NCBI GenBank assembly: GCA_951406725.2
Contig: OX597822.1
Coordinates: 60,140,001-60,204,000, forward strand
Length of the DNA stretch: 64,000 nt
Direction of reading: 5' to 3'
From: Octopus vulgaris
Lineage: Eukaryota
Under the pieces are notes generated by a model. The model was not told where the DNA came from. It was given only the letters and a program-made list of their open reading frames with translations, and searched no databases. The translations under genes and the position numbers were made by a program. Numbering within the stretch: position 1 is the stretch's first letter; each line of letters starts with the position of its first letter. Positions 25,370 to 38,054 of this stretch are shown here, in pieces.

Positions 25370-26379
25370 TGGCCATCGGAAAAATGCTATAAAAATGCTA
25401 TGAAAAAGATGGCTGGATAACTGAATAGATGGCGGCATGGATTTCCACCTTGGCATTCAAAACTCGGAGTTTTATCATGGCAACCGAATAATTGTCTCAT
25501 TACATTTACAGATAAATTCCTCTATTTACATAATATCGAGGTCTCTTTCATTCTTTTGTTGTCTTACCATTTTTAGCAATAGATATATATATATATAAGT
25601 ATATTTACCTATATGTATGTATGTATGTATACACACATACATATAGGGCCAAAATTGATTGCAATAATAACAACAGTGAAAAAGAAGACAAAGTGAAAAC
25701 ATAGTGTAATTAATAGGTTAGCATTCAAGGAAAGATTAAGGAAGTAGAAATCACTTTGATCTTTTGAGTTTAATCTCTTCTTCAGAAAGTTAGATATTTC
25801 GAAGAAGGAATGTATGTAGAGGAAAGAAAGGGAAAATATGCTTTGCTTTGTTCTATGTCAATAGATGTATAACACACAAATAGATATATGTATGTATATA
25901 TATATAATTAGAACAGCAGGAATATTGGGTAAATTACCCACACAAAGCAGAAAAATTTGTCAACAAACAGCCATTGAACTTGAATCCACATACCTTGAAG
26001 ACTTCAGCCAAGTACTTTACCACTAAGCTAAACTGCCCGCTGACAAACTTATCCATAAATTTAGATACTATAAAGCTAAATTCACAACTATGTATATATA
26101 AATATAAACAAAATCTGTTAGTGGGCAGTTTAAGTAAAGCATGCTGTCAGAGTCTCCAAGGGATGAGGGTTCGAATATGTGGTTGTTTGTTGACAAATTT
26201 TTCTCCTTTGTAAAGGTAATTTACACAATATTCTTGCTGTTCTAATGGAATTTCTGCATGTTAAAATAAATCATCATTCTATTTGTATTTTACAATACAC
26301 ATTTTGACACTTACAAAAAAACAACAAATGTTAGTTTGATTATATGTATGTATGTATGTGTGTGTGTGTGTGTACAGCC

Positions 26380-26843
26380 ACTTTTGAGAAATCTCGAGTT
26401 GCACATGAGAAAGTAAGGAGGGATGTCAGGAAGGGCATTGCTGTTACACTTCCAGATGGGAAGGGTCTTCCTATGATGCTGACATGCAGTATCTGTGCAA
26501 GACCCTGCCTCAGTAAAGCTGGACTCAAGAGTCATCTTTGTAGTCATAAAGCGAGACAGATGAGTGACAACCTGGCCACTGGTGGTGGTGTAACACACCA
26601 TACTAATCATATCTGTCGGGCATGTGGATGAGAGTGTAATTCGGCAGGAGGACTTAAACAACATGCAAAGGTACATGAAGCCCAGTTACAACTACAGCTG
26701 GCTATTACCGGTAAAGGTTTTAGTTGTCAATTTTGTACAAGACATTGTAGATCTTTAGCTGGGCTAAAAAGTCACATTCGCTCACAGCACCAGTAACAGT
26801 TAAGCTTCGTGCAATGGCCATACTCGATAATGAGGGGGCAGCC

Positions 26844-26845
<2 letters not shown>
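26380..26845 (+). mobile_element. LINE 3' end encoding three C2H2 zinc-finger-like repeats (decayed)
   Basis: CSICARPCLSKAGLKSHLCSH, CRACG*ECNSAGGLKQHAKVH, CQFCTRHCRSLAGLKSHIRS; terminal gcaatggcc..ctcg..gag..gcagccat motif shared with 6833-7001. Confidence 0.65.
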
Positions 26846-26880
<35 letters not shown>

Positions 26881-27056
26881 CAATAATTAATGGTTTAGCA
26901 ACAAGTTGCTTGACCACTTACTGAAAAATTTAGAAATAGCAGCCAAAAGACCATTATTCTATTTGCTACAAAATATGACTCCACAGATAACACTATCTGT
27001 AACTTCACACATGCAAAAAGAAGGAAATTAATGAAATCAAACAGTTTTCAATTAAT

Positions 27057-27110
27057 TATGGACACGTTTCTGGATAAGAATTATAAAAATTAATTTCCTT
27101 TGTCAACATA
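27057..27110 (-). ncRNA. Hammerhead-like motif, U3-A8 core variant
   Basis: TATG-TTGACAA-AGGA..TCCA-GAAA-CGTG-TC/CATA. Confidence 0.5.
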
Positions 27111-27469
27111 ATATTCCGAGAATTAAAAATTTACAGATACTGTGGAGTCATATTTTGTAGCGAAAAGAAATAACGGTCTTTTGGCTGCTATTTCTAAATT
27201 TTTCTGTATGTGGTTAAGCAACTTGTTGCTAAACCCTTAATTATTGTTATAATTATACATAAATAAATAAATAAATTGTTATAATTATATATAAATATAT
27301 ATAATGCTCAAAATGAGGAGTAGATAGACAGCCGACAACTGATAAAGGGTCCTTTCTCTGTGTTAACTTGTCCTGTTTTCCATATAGATCTTTGTTATCA
27401 TTTGGTTTGGGTTTAAAAATTCAAAGTGGGCTAAACCTTTCATATACTGCCAAACAGACAACAACACCT

Positions 27470-28460
27470 TACGTGAGTAAAGACCTTCTTTAGTCTGGGG
27501 TGCCAGTGTTTCTCCTTTCCCTACCCACTGTCTTCAGTGCTTGACATTTTTGTAGAGAACCTATTTCTCATCACCAGTCACTATTTGGTCCACAAAAGGT
27601 TAATTCGTGAGACATGACAGCAAGGAAGAGCATACATTCACTCTCAGTGCATGATTAGACTTGGAAAGTCTGTGAGGAACCCATTGACCCAATTTATTGA
27701 TTTGTCCATTGGCATGCAGGTGTCAATGAATGGTTGAATGACCAAATCCAAGTTTCTACGCTAGTTTCTCAAAAGTTACAATGAGATTTTGTTCCACTAG
27801 AGTTTGCAGGACTTCCTCCTTGAGCTCTACAGATCTTCCAGAATGAGGCTTATCTTCTAGGCTATAGTTTCTGGCTCAGAATTTCTGAAAATACCTATTT
27901 CATTACTACCTACAAGGGGCTAAACACAGAGAGGACAAACAAGGACAGACAAATGGATTAAGTCAATTATATTGACCCCAGTGTGTAACTGGTACTTAAT
28001 TTATCAACCCCGAAAGGATGAAAGGCAAAGTCGACCTCGGCGGAATTTGAACTCAGAACGTATCAGCAGACGAAATACGGCTACGCATTTCGCCCAGCGT
28101 GCTAACGATTCTGCCAGCTCGCTGCCTTTCAGCTCACCATATTTCTGAAAATACCGTTGATGCTGGCTTACGCTTATTGGCCACTCCCCATACACTGCAT
28201 TAATATTCCTTGCACTTTCCATTATGTTGTTACCTTTATTGAACACATAAAGCAAAATATGCTGAATATGCTCCTTTGTCACTTCCATTATAGCTTTGAA
28301 AAAATAACTGTCAAAATCAAAACTTGCACTAAGAATAAGGACAAGGTAATATTACTACCTGCTTTTATAACAAGTTATTGCAGGTAGTTTATCCCACACC
28401 CCCTCTGACTTTTAGTTCATGCCATTGAGAAAACCGTATTATTTATGGGATGACCCAATA
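27470..28460 (-). mobile_element. Mariner transposon remnant interrupted by a SINE (27893-28127)
   Basis: N-terminal HIQHILLY.FNKG...ARNINAVYG; WVPHRL and IVTGDEK motifs at about 27570-27690; terminus ta-ttgggtcatcccataaat. Confidence 0.85.
27893..28127 (-). mobile_element. SINE family B inserted in the mariner remnant
   Basis: Full copy splitting transposase-coding sequence. Confidence 0.85.
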
Positions 28461-28888
28461 TATGTATATATTTACATATACATACATACTTATATATATA
28501 TATATATATATGTGTGCGTGTGTGTATGTATATATAGGGAGAATTCACAAAAAAACAAAAGACGAAGACAGGTGGTGTAGACAACAAACATATGTATTAG
28601 TATAATGCTTGGGAAGTGAAAAGTCTTTAACGTTTTGAGCCTACGCTCTTCCACAGAAAGGAACAAGGAGAGAAAATAAAGAATGTGTAGTGGCTAGCGA
28701 TCTACGCACACACATATATATAGTTGTGATAATAAAGTCAAACCAAATAATACCAATGATTTAGATATTCGCTTGTTATATTTGACTCAAGTCAAAAATT
28801 CACATCCTGCTTCTTAGCATAAGATGAAGTATACAAATATATGCATAAATACTCAAATACATGTACACAAACACATACATCATTATAG

Positions 28889-28937
<49 letters not shown>

Positions 28938-29454
28938 TATAGCCACTGTCGTCATCATCATCATCACCATCATCATCATTGTTTTGGTGTTCACTTTTCT
29001 GTGCATGCATGAATCAGACAGCATTCATTGAAACAGTTTTTCCATGGCCAGGTCCCCTCCTTGTCATCAACCTTTACTTGTTTCCAAGTGAGGTAATATT
29101 TTTTTTATGGTTAGACATGGTTTTTTTTTTTTGTTTCACAGAAGACTGGAAATGGCATTGGTGCTTGTTTAGAACCTTCGTGTGATGTTAAGACAAAGAC
29201 ACACACACTTGCACACTTGTTCCCAGCACACACAGACACATACACGCATATGGGTTTCTTTCAGTTTCTATCTACCAAATTCACACACAAGGCTTTGTTC
29301 TGTCGGGGCCGAAGTTGATCAACAGTAACCCCTTCGCTGCACAATTTTGTGACTGAGACTTGAAAGCAAATGTTTGAGAAGCAGTCTTCTTAACCACACA
29401 CCTATGCCTGAACCTATTATACATACATTTCACTGTAGGAAATATTTACACGTA

Positions 29455-29857
29455 GAGGTGCAGGCATGATTGTGTGGTAAGAACCTTGCTTTCCAACCAC
29501 ACGGTTCCAGGTTCAGTTCTACTGTGTGACATCTTGGGTAAATGTCTTCTACTATAGCCTTAAGCCGACCAAAGCCTTGTGACTGGATTTGTTAGACAGA
29601 AACTGAAAGAAGCCTGTTGTGCATTTATGTATGAGTGTGTATGTGTGTGGCTGTATTTATGACTGTATTTGTTCCCCACCCCTGCTTGGTTTGTTTATGT
29701 CTCAGTAGCTTGGTGATTTGGCAAAAGGAGACCAATACAGTAAGTATCAGGCTTAAAAACAAAAATAAATACTTGTATTGATTCATTCAACTAAATGTTC
29801 TTGAAGGTGGTGCCCCAGCACATCTGCAGTTTAATGACAGAAACAAGTAAAAGATAA
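29455..29857 (+). mobile_element. SINE family A (older variant)
   Basis: Same head, core and tail. Confidence 0.8.
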
Positions 29858-30276
29858 ATGATGAAAGGTATAACATCGTTGTTTTCATCTGCCATAAGGC
29901 TTAATTCTCACTCAATATGCCAGCTGAGTTCAGTTCATCTTTGGTCGAAAGATGCCTGTTGTGTCCTGTTATTATTATTATTATTGTTTTTTTTGCATTT
30001 ATATTCGTATTATTTTTTCTTTTTTTGTACTTATATTCATGTAACATCGTCCATTTTTCTGTCCTTGTTTCGTACACATTCGATCCTTTTTCCAAGGAAT
30101 CTAATGTTCTTAACTTAGTTTTTCCTTGGGACTGGCCAGATTGGAGCAATCTCAAGATTAATCAGCCGAAATTGCGAGGATGATCCGGTTCTTGACTGAA
30201 GATGAAAGGCTTCGAATGACCCATCCGTGATTTTTGTATCGTCTATTTGGATGTTTTGCGTTCTTGCCCCATTTTG

Positions 30277-30321
<45 letters not shown>

Positions 30322-30674
30322 AACAGTAGGGAATATAATTCCAAACTTAGAGGGAAAAAATTCAATTTAGCAATTCTAAATCAAATTTCACAATATATAA
30401 TATACGGATATAATTTAGAGAAAAACCTCTATTAATCTATTCAATATCGAAAGATGTTATTCACACCATATAGAAAAAATAAATATACTATAAGAACCTT
30501 ATTCTAAAATTCAATAAAGTACAAAAACAATAAATAGTAAGTAGTATGCTATTTATTGTTTATATACTTTATTGATTTTTAGAATAAGTTTTTTTAAAGT
30601 ATAATTATTTTTAGTATATGGTATGAATAACGTCTTTCACAATTGAGTTGCTTAATAGAGGTTTTTCCCTAAAT

Positions 30675-30706
<32 letters not shown>

Positions 30707-31114
30707 AGTGTGTACATATAAAAGTTAAATAATGAGGGTAGAAATTAATATTAATTAAACTAATATCAATTTAAACCAGTGGCCTAGTATATTTAAAAAA
30801 TTCGAAGATTAAGAAAATTATATTACATATATATAAAGAGGAATAACCACCAGGTGGATTCCTGATATACAAGAAGACCCCAAGTGGTCTAACCATGAAA
30901 AAATTTGTTCTCAAGAAAATTTCGGCAAATGCCAGAATGTTAAGTGAGCAAGACAAAAGAAAAGATAGAAATTTGGTGATAATTTGTATCTTTTCTTTTG
31001 TCTTGCTCGCTTCATGTTCTGGTGTTTGCCAAAATTTTTTGAGAAAAATTTTCTTCGTGGTTAGACCATTTGAGGCCTTCTAGTATATTAGGAACCCACT
31101 TGGTGGTCATTCCT

Positions 31115-31251
<137 letters not shown>

Positions 31252-31464
31252 CATATATATGTAATTAATTAAAAAAATGAAGAAAAAAACAACACGAGGA
31301 CGTGGTACATGCAAAGTATTAACTGATGCTCAGAGAAGGAAAGAAAGTTAGTTTTATGTTTCGAGCAAAGTTCTTTTTCAGAAACAGGAGACGGAGGAAA
31401 ATCCTAGAGAAAGGAAGATGGAGGAAAATCCACATGCAGTTACATGTACATGCATAAAAGTTTA

Positions 31465-31533
<69 letters not shown>

Positions 31534-31699
31534 TATACATATATATTGGTATAAGAAGGTACATGGTTAGAGTGTTGGGTTTACATTCATGAAGTTGTGA
31601 GTTTGATTCCTGGATTGGGCTGTGTGTTATGTTCTTGAGCAAGAAACTTTGTCACATTGCTCAAGTTCCCTTAGCTGTAGAAATGAGTTGCGACATTTA

Positions 31700-31937
31700 A
31701 GGCGGCAAGCTGGCAGAACGTCAGCACGCCAGACGAAATGCTTAGCAGTATTTCATCTGCAGTTACATTCTGAGTTCAAATTCCGCCGAGGTCGACTTTG
31801 CCTTTCATCCTTTCAGGGTCAATTAAATAAGTACCAGTTATGCACTGGGGTAGATATAATTGACTTAATCCGTTTGTCTGTCCTTGTTTGTCCCCTCTAT
31901 GTTTAGCCCCTTGTGGGCAATAAAGAAATAAGAAATA
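31700..31937 (+). mobile_element. SINE family B nested in another tRNA-like repeat (31555-32120)
   Basis: Full copy; flanking gaaat(g/a)agttgcgacat duplicated. Confidence 0.8.
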
Positions 31938-32373
31938 AGTTGCGACATCACTGGTGCCATGCTGTATCGGCCTTGGCCTTTCCCTTGGATAACATCAATG
32001 GCATGGAGAGGGGAGGCTGGTATGCATGGGCGACTGCTGTTCTTCCATAAACAGCTTCACCTGGACTTATGCCTTGAAAGAGAACTCTCTAGGTGCATCC
32101 CATGGTCATTCATGACTGAAGAAGGGGATCTTTACTTTTTGGTATTTGGAAAAGCATCCTGTTGTAGAAACCATGCCAAATCAGACTGGAGTCTGGTGTG
32201 GACCCCTCAGCTTGCCAGCCTTGTGAAACCATCCAACCCATGCCAGCATGGACGATGGACGTTAAATGATGATGATGATTATGATGATATGCATGTTTAC
32301 ATGCACACAGGCACATACCTTCATAAATACAGTCACAGACATACTCACATACATGCATACATAGAAACATAGA

Positions 32374-32421
<48 letters not shown>

Positions 32422-32519
32422 CCCGCAAGACACACATATATTATACATGTATATAAGTATTTTTATCTGCAGTTCAACCTATGCCAACATAGAACGCGGA
32501 CCTTAATATATGATGTTGG

Positions 32520-32553
<34 letters not shown>

Positions 32554-32902
32554 ACGCATACACTCACAAGTATAAATGCACACATGGATAAATACAGATA
32601 CTTATCTAAATGCTGATATAAGTGTGAGAGCAGTGTGAAAAAGTGAGAGAGAAAGTTAGAGAGTGACAGAATGAAAGAACGTTGCTGTGTGACTTTATGC
32701 ATGTGTGCATGTGTAAAAAGTGAAATGTAAAATTTAATGTTAAGATTTTGTTAGAAATACTCATAATAATTTCCTGTACCTCAAATATATATATACTTTA
32801 CCTTGACACACTGTACACAGTGCCACCTAAATTTAGAGACATTTAAAGGCTATCAAACCATAACAACTAGATACTGATCAATTACATTTGTCAAAAGGAT
32901 AC

Positions 32903-32947
32903 AAATGGTCGTAGGCGAACAGCAACTTTGATGTTTTCCGTATCCAT
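32903..32947 (-). CDS. KIF28P: Kinesin-3 family motor, KIF28P-like, first coding exon (MDTENIKVAVRLRPF)
   Basis: ATG at 32947; classic kinesin N-terminal IKVAVRLRPF motif; phase-0 donor GTATCCTTTT joins in frame to the exon at 9146. Confidence 0.88.
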
Positions 32948-32969
32948 AATGCAGCACTAACTGTAATCG

Positions 32970-33042
32970 GTTACCTGTAAACCTCGTAATGTTTTATATC
33001 CATCAGAAACATAGGAAAACAAAAAATCTGTTGCCAAGTGAC
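32970..33042 (-). promoter_or_regulatory. Two X-box-like (RFX) motifs just upstream of the kinesin ATG
   Basis: GTTGCCAAGTGAC (33030-33042; reverse complement GTCACTTGGCAAC) and GTTACCTGTAAAC (32970-32982) resemble GTNRCY-N(0-3)-RGYAAC. Confidence 0.4.
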
Positions 33043-33308
33043 TAGAAACAAATAGCAGGAATGCTTCATTAAACTTGATGTCAATTTGTACTTAACAACA
33101 GTTACAGCCTTTAATTATCAAGGGAGTAAATCAGAAGTTGTATAACATCTATGCTCAGTTCATTGAAGTTTGCTTCTCAATGACATGGTTCTGAGTTCAG
33201 TCCCACTGCATGGCACCTAGGGCAAATGTCTTTTTCTGTATAGCCCTGGGTCAATCAAAGCCTTGTGAGAGAATATGTTAGAATGAAACTGAAAAATGCT
33301 CATCATGA

Positions 33309-33362
<54 letters not shown>

Positions 33363-33405
33363 AAACAAGTCAAAATAGAAAATGGTAAAATAATTTTATA
33401 AAGAA

Positions 33406-33453
33406 CATTTCAGTACCGGTTTCGGTCATTTTGAGACCTTTTCAACTGTAACG
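33406..33453 (-). ncRNA. Minimal type-I hammerhead, U3-A8 core variant
   Basis: CGTTACAG-TTGAAAA-GGTC(TCAAAAT)GACC-GAAA-CCGG-TA/CTGAAATG. Confidence 0.68.
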
Positions 33454-33589
33454 ATTAAATAATTAAATTTAGAAAAATTAAAAGAAAAGTTTTTTTAAAG
33501 GAATATTTGTATAGTGTTCAAATATAAGTGGCATTCTGCCTTTCTCTGTCTCCCTTGTATATACCTGGTGTAAGCTATAGATATATAAA

Positions 33590-33918
33590 AGTTGTAGAGT
33601 AATATCAAAGGAAGGTTAACCAGGAAGATAGTTTTTGTGTGTGACAGATGCACAGGGGCAATAAATAAACACTGAAAATGTACAGAAAACAGATTCCATC
33701 TCATGCCAGGGGGTAAAACTAGAAGTAGTTGATATCTTCCACTACCTAGGTGACCAAGTCTAAAGTGGAGGTGGTTGTTCTGAGAGTGTAGCGGCTAGAA
33801 TAAGAATAGCCTGGGTAAAGTTCAAGGAGCTCCTACCTCTGCTGTCAACTAAGGGCCTCTTGCACAGGATTAAAGGTAGACTGTATGATGCATTTGTGTG
33901 AACTGCCATGCAGTGAAA
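33590..33918 (+). mobile_element. RTE LINE fragment (RT C-terminal part, same family as 38485-40905)
   Basis: KGRLTRKIVFVC..C..., KLEVVD.F.YLGDQV, ARIRIAWVKFKELLPLL. Confidence 0.85.
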
Positions 33919-33954
33919 CATATATATATATATATATGTGTGCATGTGTGTGTG

Positions 33955-34014
<60 letters not shown>

Positions 34015-34403
34015 GAAAATGGAGGAACAAATTCATTTCCATCATCAACTTACAGATATTACCATTTCATATTATTTATTATTCTTATGGTTTTATTAAT
34101 TTGCATATTGATGTATATTGTTTTGTTCGATTTGGATGTTCGATTGGATATTTATATAGTTAATAGAAATGGTAATATCTGTAAGTTGATGATTGAAAAG
34201 AATTTGTTCCTCCGTTTTCTTATTTGTAATATGAATTTACGGTAAAATATTTTACCTTCGCCCATCCGATACAATAAATGAATTAATTGCATTGCAATTA
34301 TAAGCATTTATGTATTTGGCACTTGGGTGCTTCACCAGCAGTATATTAGATAACTGATATCCCATAGTGGGTTACCCTCATAACCCCTATCTTACTTTGT
34401 ACT

Positions 34404-34440
<37 letters not shown>

Positions 34441-34458
34441 TGTATGTATGTATGTATA

Positions 34459-35640
34459 CAGGATGCATAAGATATTTGATGACAGGTTTATGTTTATGGA
34501 AAACGGATATATAATAAAAGATAACTTATTTATCAAAAATGCTATGAGGATAAAAATAAAACATTCTTTTCTATAATGTTATTCAATAAAGCCACCTGCA
34601 GCTTCAACAACTGCTTCTATATGAGATCTAAATCATCTACATGCTCAAATCCAGTGGTCCTGGTTCATTTTGGGCATTACTCTGACTATGCCAGTTTCCA
34701 AAGGATTGTTGGTGTTATGGACATCTTCATTGACTTCTATTTCAACAATGCTCGGTGTGTAATAGTCCAATGGATTGAGATCTGGTGAATTAGGAGGCCA
34801 AATATTAGGGGTTATGTGTTCATTGACATTTTCAGCCATCCATTCTTGTGTTGCTAGAACCATGTGTAATAGTGCAGTCTTACTGAAACACATATGGCGT
34901 TCCATTGCATGTACTGTCCATCCAGGGTTTAACAATTGTTTCCAGGACCTCAATGTAGATGGCAGAGTTAACTCTAAGATCTTGTGAAGTAAAGCAGCAT
35001 CACATGTCCTTCACTACTGACAGCCCCTAAAACCATGACATTTGCAGGAAATTTTGTATGCATAACACTTGGAACTTCAAAATGGTCTGCACACAACCAT
35101 CTGTCATTTATTCTGTTAACTTTTTGGTCTTGATCCAAGTTCTTCTCATTTGAGAAAAACCAAATCAGATCTTCTTCTGCTGGATTGTTCAGTTTGTTTA
35201 AGTACCTTTTAGATCTGATGTAGTGATTTTCTTTTGCTTTTTCTGACAAATTGAGCTTTCCTCATCATATAAATGTGGACAACATTTCTGACTGTTCCTT
35301 CTGACACATGGAGCTCTTTTGCAATTGACCTCATGGACTTTCTGAGATTGTAATCAATGGTCTGTTCAACTTGCTGGATAAATTCAAGTGATCTGATGAT
35401 TTCAGAGCATTTAGAATGCTTTTTATGCTTTGATACTGGTGATATGTTTCCATCTTCAGTCTCTAACTCCTTACAAACTTTGTAGACAAAAGATCTGGCA
35501 ACTTTTAAAAATCGAGATATTTTTAAATCTCTATGCTCAGCCTTTATAACCACAATAACAGGATGCCTCTTCATTTCTTGAGTAAGCTGAGGGTCTGGCA
35601 TTATTATTTTCTGAAACCGAGTTAGCAAAAAATGCAGCAA
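34459..35640 (-). mobile_element. Tc1/mariner (maT/DD37D-like) transposon, frameshifted
   Basis: HTH KSMRSIAKELHVSEGTVR, FFSNEK, VMVLGAVS, WPPNSPDLNPLDY; TA-CAGG terminus at 34457. Confidence 0.88.
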
Positions 35641-36097
35641 TGACCCAAAAAGTGTATGTCCTCCACCACCACTTGACAACTTGTGTTGACTTGTTAATGT
35701 CCTTGTAACTTAGCAGTTCAGCATAAAAGACTGACAGAATAAGCATATAAATACTGGGGTCAAATTGTTTGACTCAAACCCTTAAGGTGGTACTCCAGCA
35801 TAGCCACATTCCAATGACTGAAACAACTAAAAGTTGAAAGATAAAAAAATTGGGCAAAGTTTAAATCAAAGGGATCCTTTACTTTGTTTATTTGTTTCCT
35901 TGTTTCTTTTGTTCTATTTTTACTTATTTATTTTTCAATTTGAAATTATAAGCTTGAAAAAAAAATACATGTTTTCATGAATCTTAAACATGCTTTTGTT
36001 TTACAATTCAGTCAAGGTGGGAAGGATAATACTCAGTTCCAGCTTAAGGCATAGGCCCAATAGATAGTTTCTCAGGGAATTCACAGGTCCAGGGGCC

Positions 36098-36253
36098 TGA
36101 TGTAGTGATTTTCTTTTGCTTTTTCTGACAAATTGACCTTTCTTCATCATATAAGACTTATATCTGATGCCTTCGTGAACAACATTTCTGACTGTTCCTT
36201 CTGACATATGGGGATCTTTTGCAATTGACCTCATGGACTTTCTGGGATTGTAA
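36098..36253 (-). mobile_element. Second fragment of the same Tc1/mariner family
   Basis: Near-duplicate of 35215-35353 (KSMRSIAK..SEGTVRNVVH). Confidence 0.8.
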
Positions 36254-36336
36254 TGTATTATGTATGAATATATATATATGTATATATGTGTATGTATGTA
36301 TGTATGTATGTATGTATGTATGTATGTATGTATGTA

Positions 36337-36371
<35 letters not shown>

Positions 36372-38054
36372 ATGTATGTATGTATGTATGTATGTATGTA
36401 TGTGTATATATATATGTATTCAGTGGTTTGTTATCAATACATAAAATCAATAGAGTTCATTGTATTGATTTGCCCAGAAGCCTATAATGCCACCAAGGTA
36501 ACCCTGACAGTACTCACAATTCTTTGTGTATTCAAGTTGATAAGATAGATGGGAAAGATGCAGTAAGTGATTTGTAGATCAGAGATTTAACCCAATACAA
36601 TACTCCACTAAAAATACTCAAGAACCAGGTGGTGAGATTAACCATGCAACTTGTCCAGTATTTTTATAATTCCTCTAATATTGTTATCTTATCAGCTTCA
36701 AAATGATCAAAGGCAATGCTGACTTTAGCAGTGATAAAACAGTTAATTTTATTTGATTTGATGCAAATCCCCCCATTCAAAAAAAGATTTGCATTTTCTA
36801 GCTCGGAACTGAGAAAACTAATAAGGAGAATACATGAGGCAGTCGAAAAAGTCAGCTTCTATATATGGCTAAAGTGGGAAGATCAAAAATGGCTTGAAAG
36901 TCATAACATGCTGGCAGGAAAATAACATCACTAGGTGAGACAGGCTGACACTGAAGTAGCTTCGCTGATTGACAGGTGACGGTCTTGTTTAGAGAATGCA
37001 TGGGCTAAGACTTTTTGCCCTCCATTGGTCAGTTAAAGCTTAGACAGTGTCACGTGACAACTTTCTGGGGCTGCCTGCTGGAGCCTAGCAGCAGGTATTT
37101 AAAGGGGAATGTGACAAGACAGTCAGTCACCTGATGACACTCGTTGACGATACATCAAAGAAGCCAGGGAACAGAAGAAAGAAGGAGAAAGAAGACATGC
37201 ACTCAACACCAGAGCTGAAGACACCTCTAAAAGGCGGTGGCACGCCACTTCAAAACGGTAGAGGAATAGGGGCCGAAACTGGACATGGTTCCTCCTGATG
37301 ATGTCTTGAGCTATAAAGGAGCCGTTGTGGTAGCAGACCACAAAACATGGTTGAAACTCCTACCTTTTCTTTTTCTATTGCGATATATTAGATTTGAATT
37401 AACTGATAACACTGCTTTCTAAGAGTAAAATATTGGCAGTGATTTAATTGATAATACTCCTTTCTTATAGTAACATACAGGAATCAAAAACATAACCTTA
37501 CTTGGAGATAGAAGAAATCACAGTTACTACCTGTGAACACCAGCATAGGATAGATGTAAACTTCCTCTGAACTCAATTAACAATCATGTTTGAACTCAAT
37601 ATATATATTCTTCAGAAAAAAAGTGTTAGTCAAGTATAGAGCATAATTAGAAATTAAATAAATGACAAAGGAACAAAAGGTTTTCGTAATGAACTTTATT
37701 ACAATATTTCTTGATATTTCTTAACATGATAAAATTATTTTACCATTTACTTCCTTTTCTTATTTTCCTTATCAACTTGTGAATTACTTTTCAACCTTCT
37801 ACATATATGTACGTATGCATGCATGTATGTATGTATGTATGTATGTATGTATGTATGTATGTATGTATGTATGTATGTATGTATGCATGTATGTATGCAT
37901 GTATGTATGCATGTATTATGTATATATATATATATGTATAATGTATATATGTGTATGGATGTTTGTATGTATATATATATATATATATATGTGGGATATA
38001 TATACATACATATATATATATATATATACATATATATATACATATATATATATA

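Noticed and set aside
26344-26631. Host C2H2 zinc-finger gene
   Set aside because: Internal stop, starts in a microsatellite, ends in a LINE-like 3' terminus
30195-30235. CTGAAGA..GAA hammerhead candidate
   Set aside because: No GAAA or stem I/III pairing could be built
36930-37380. Possible solo LTR or promoter-like GC-richer segment
   Set aside because: No TG..CA ends, TSD or second copy identifiable; the CTGATGA at about 37130 lacks hammerhead helices
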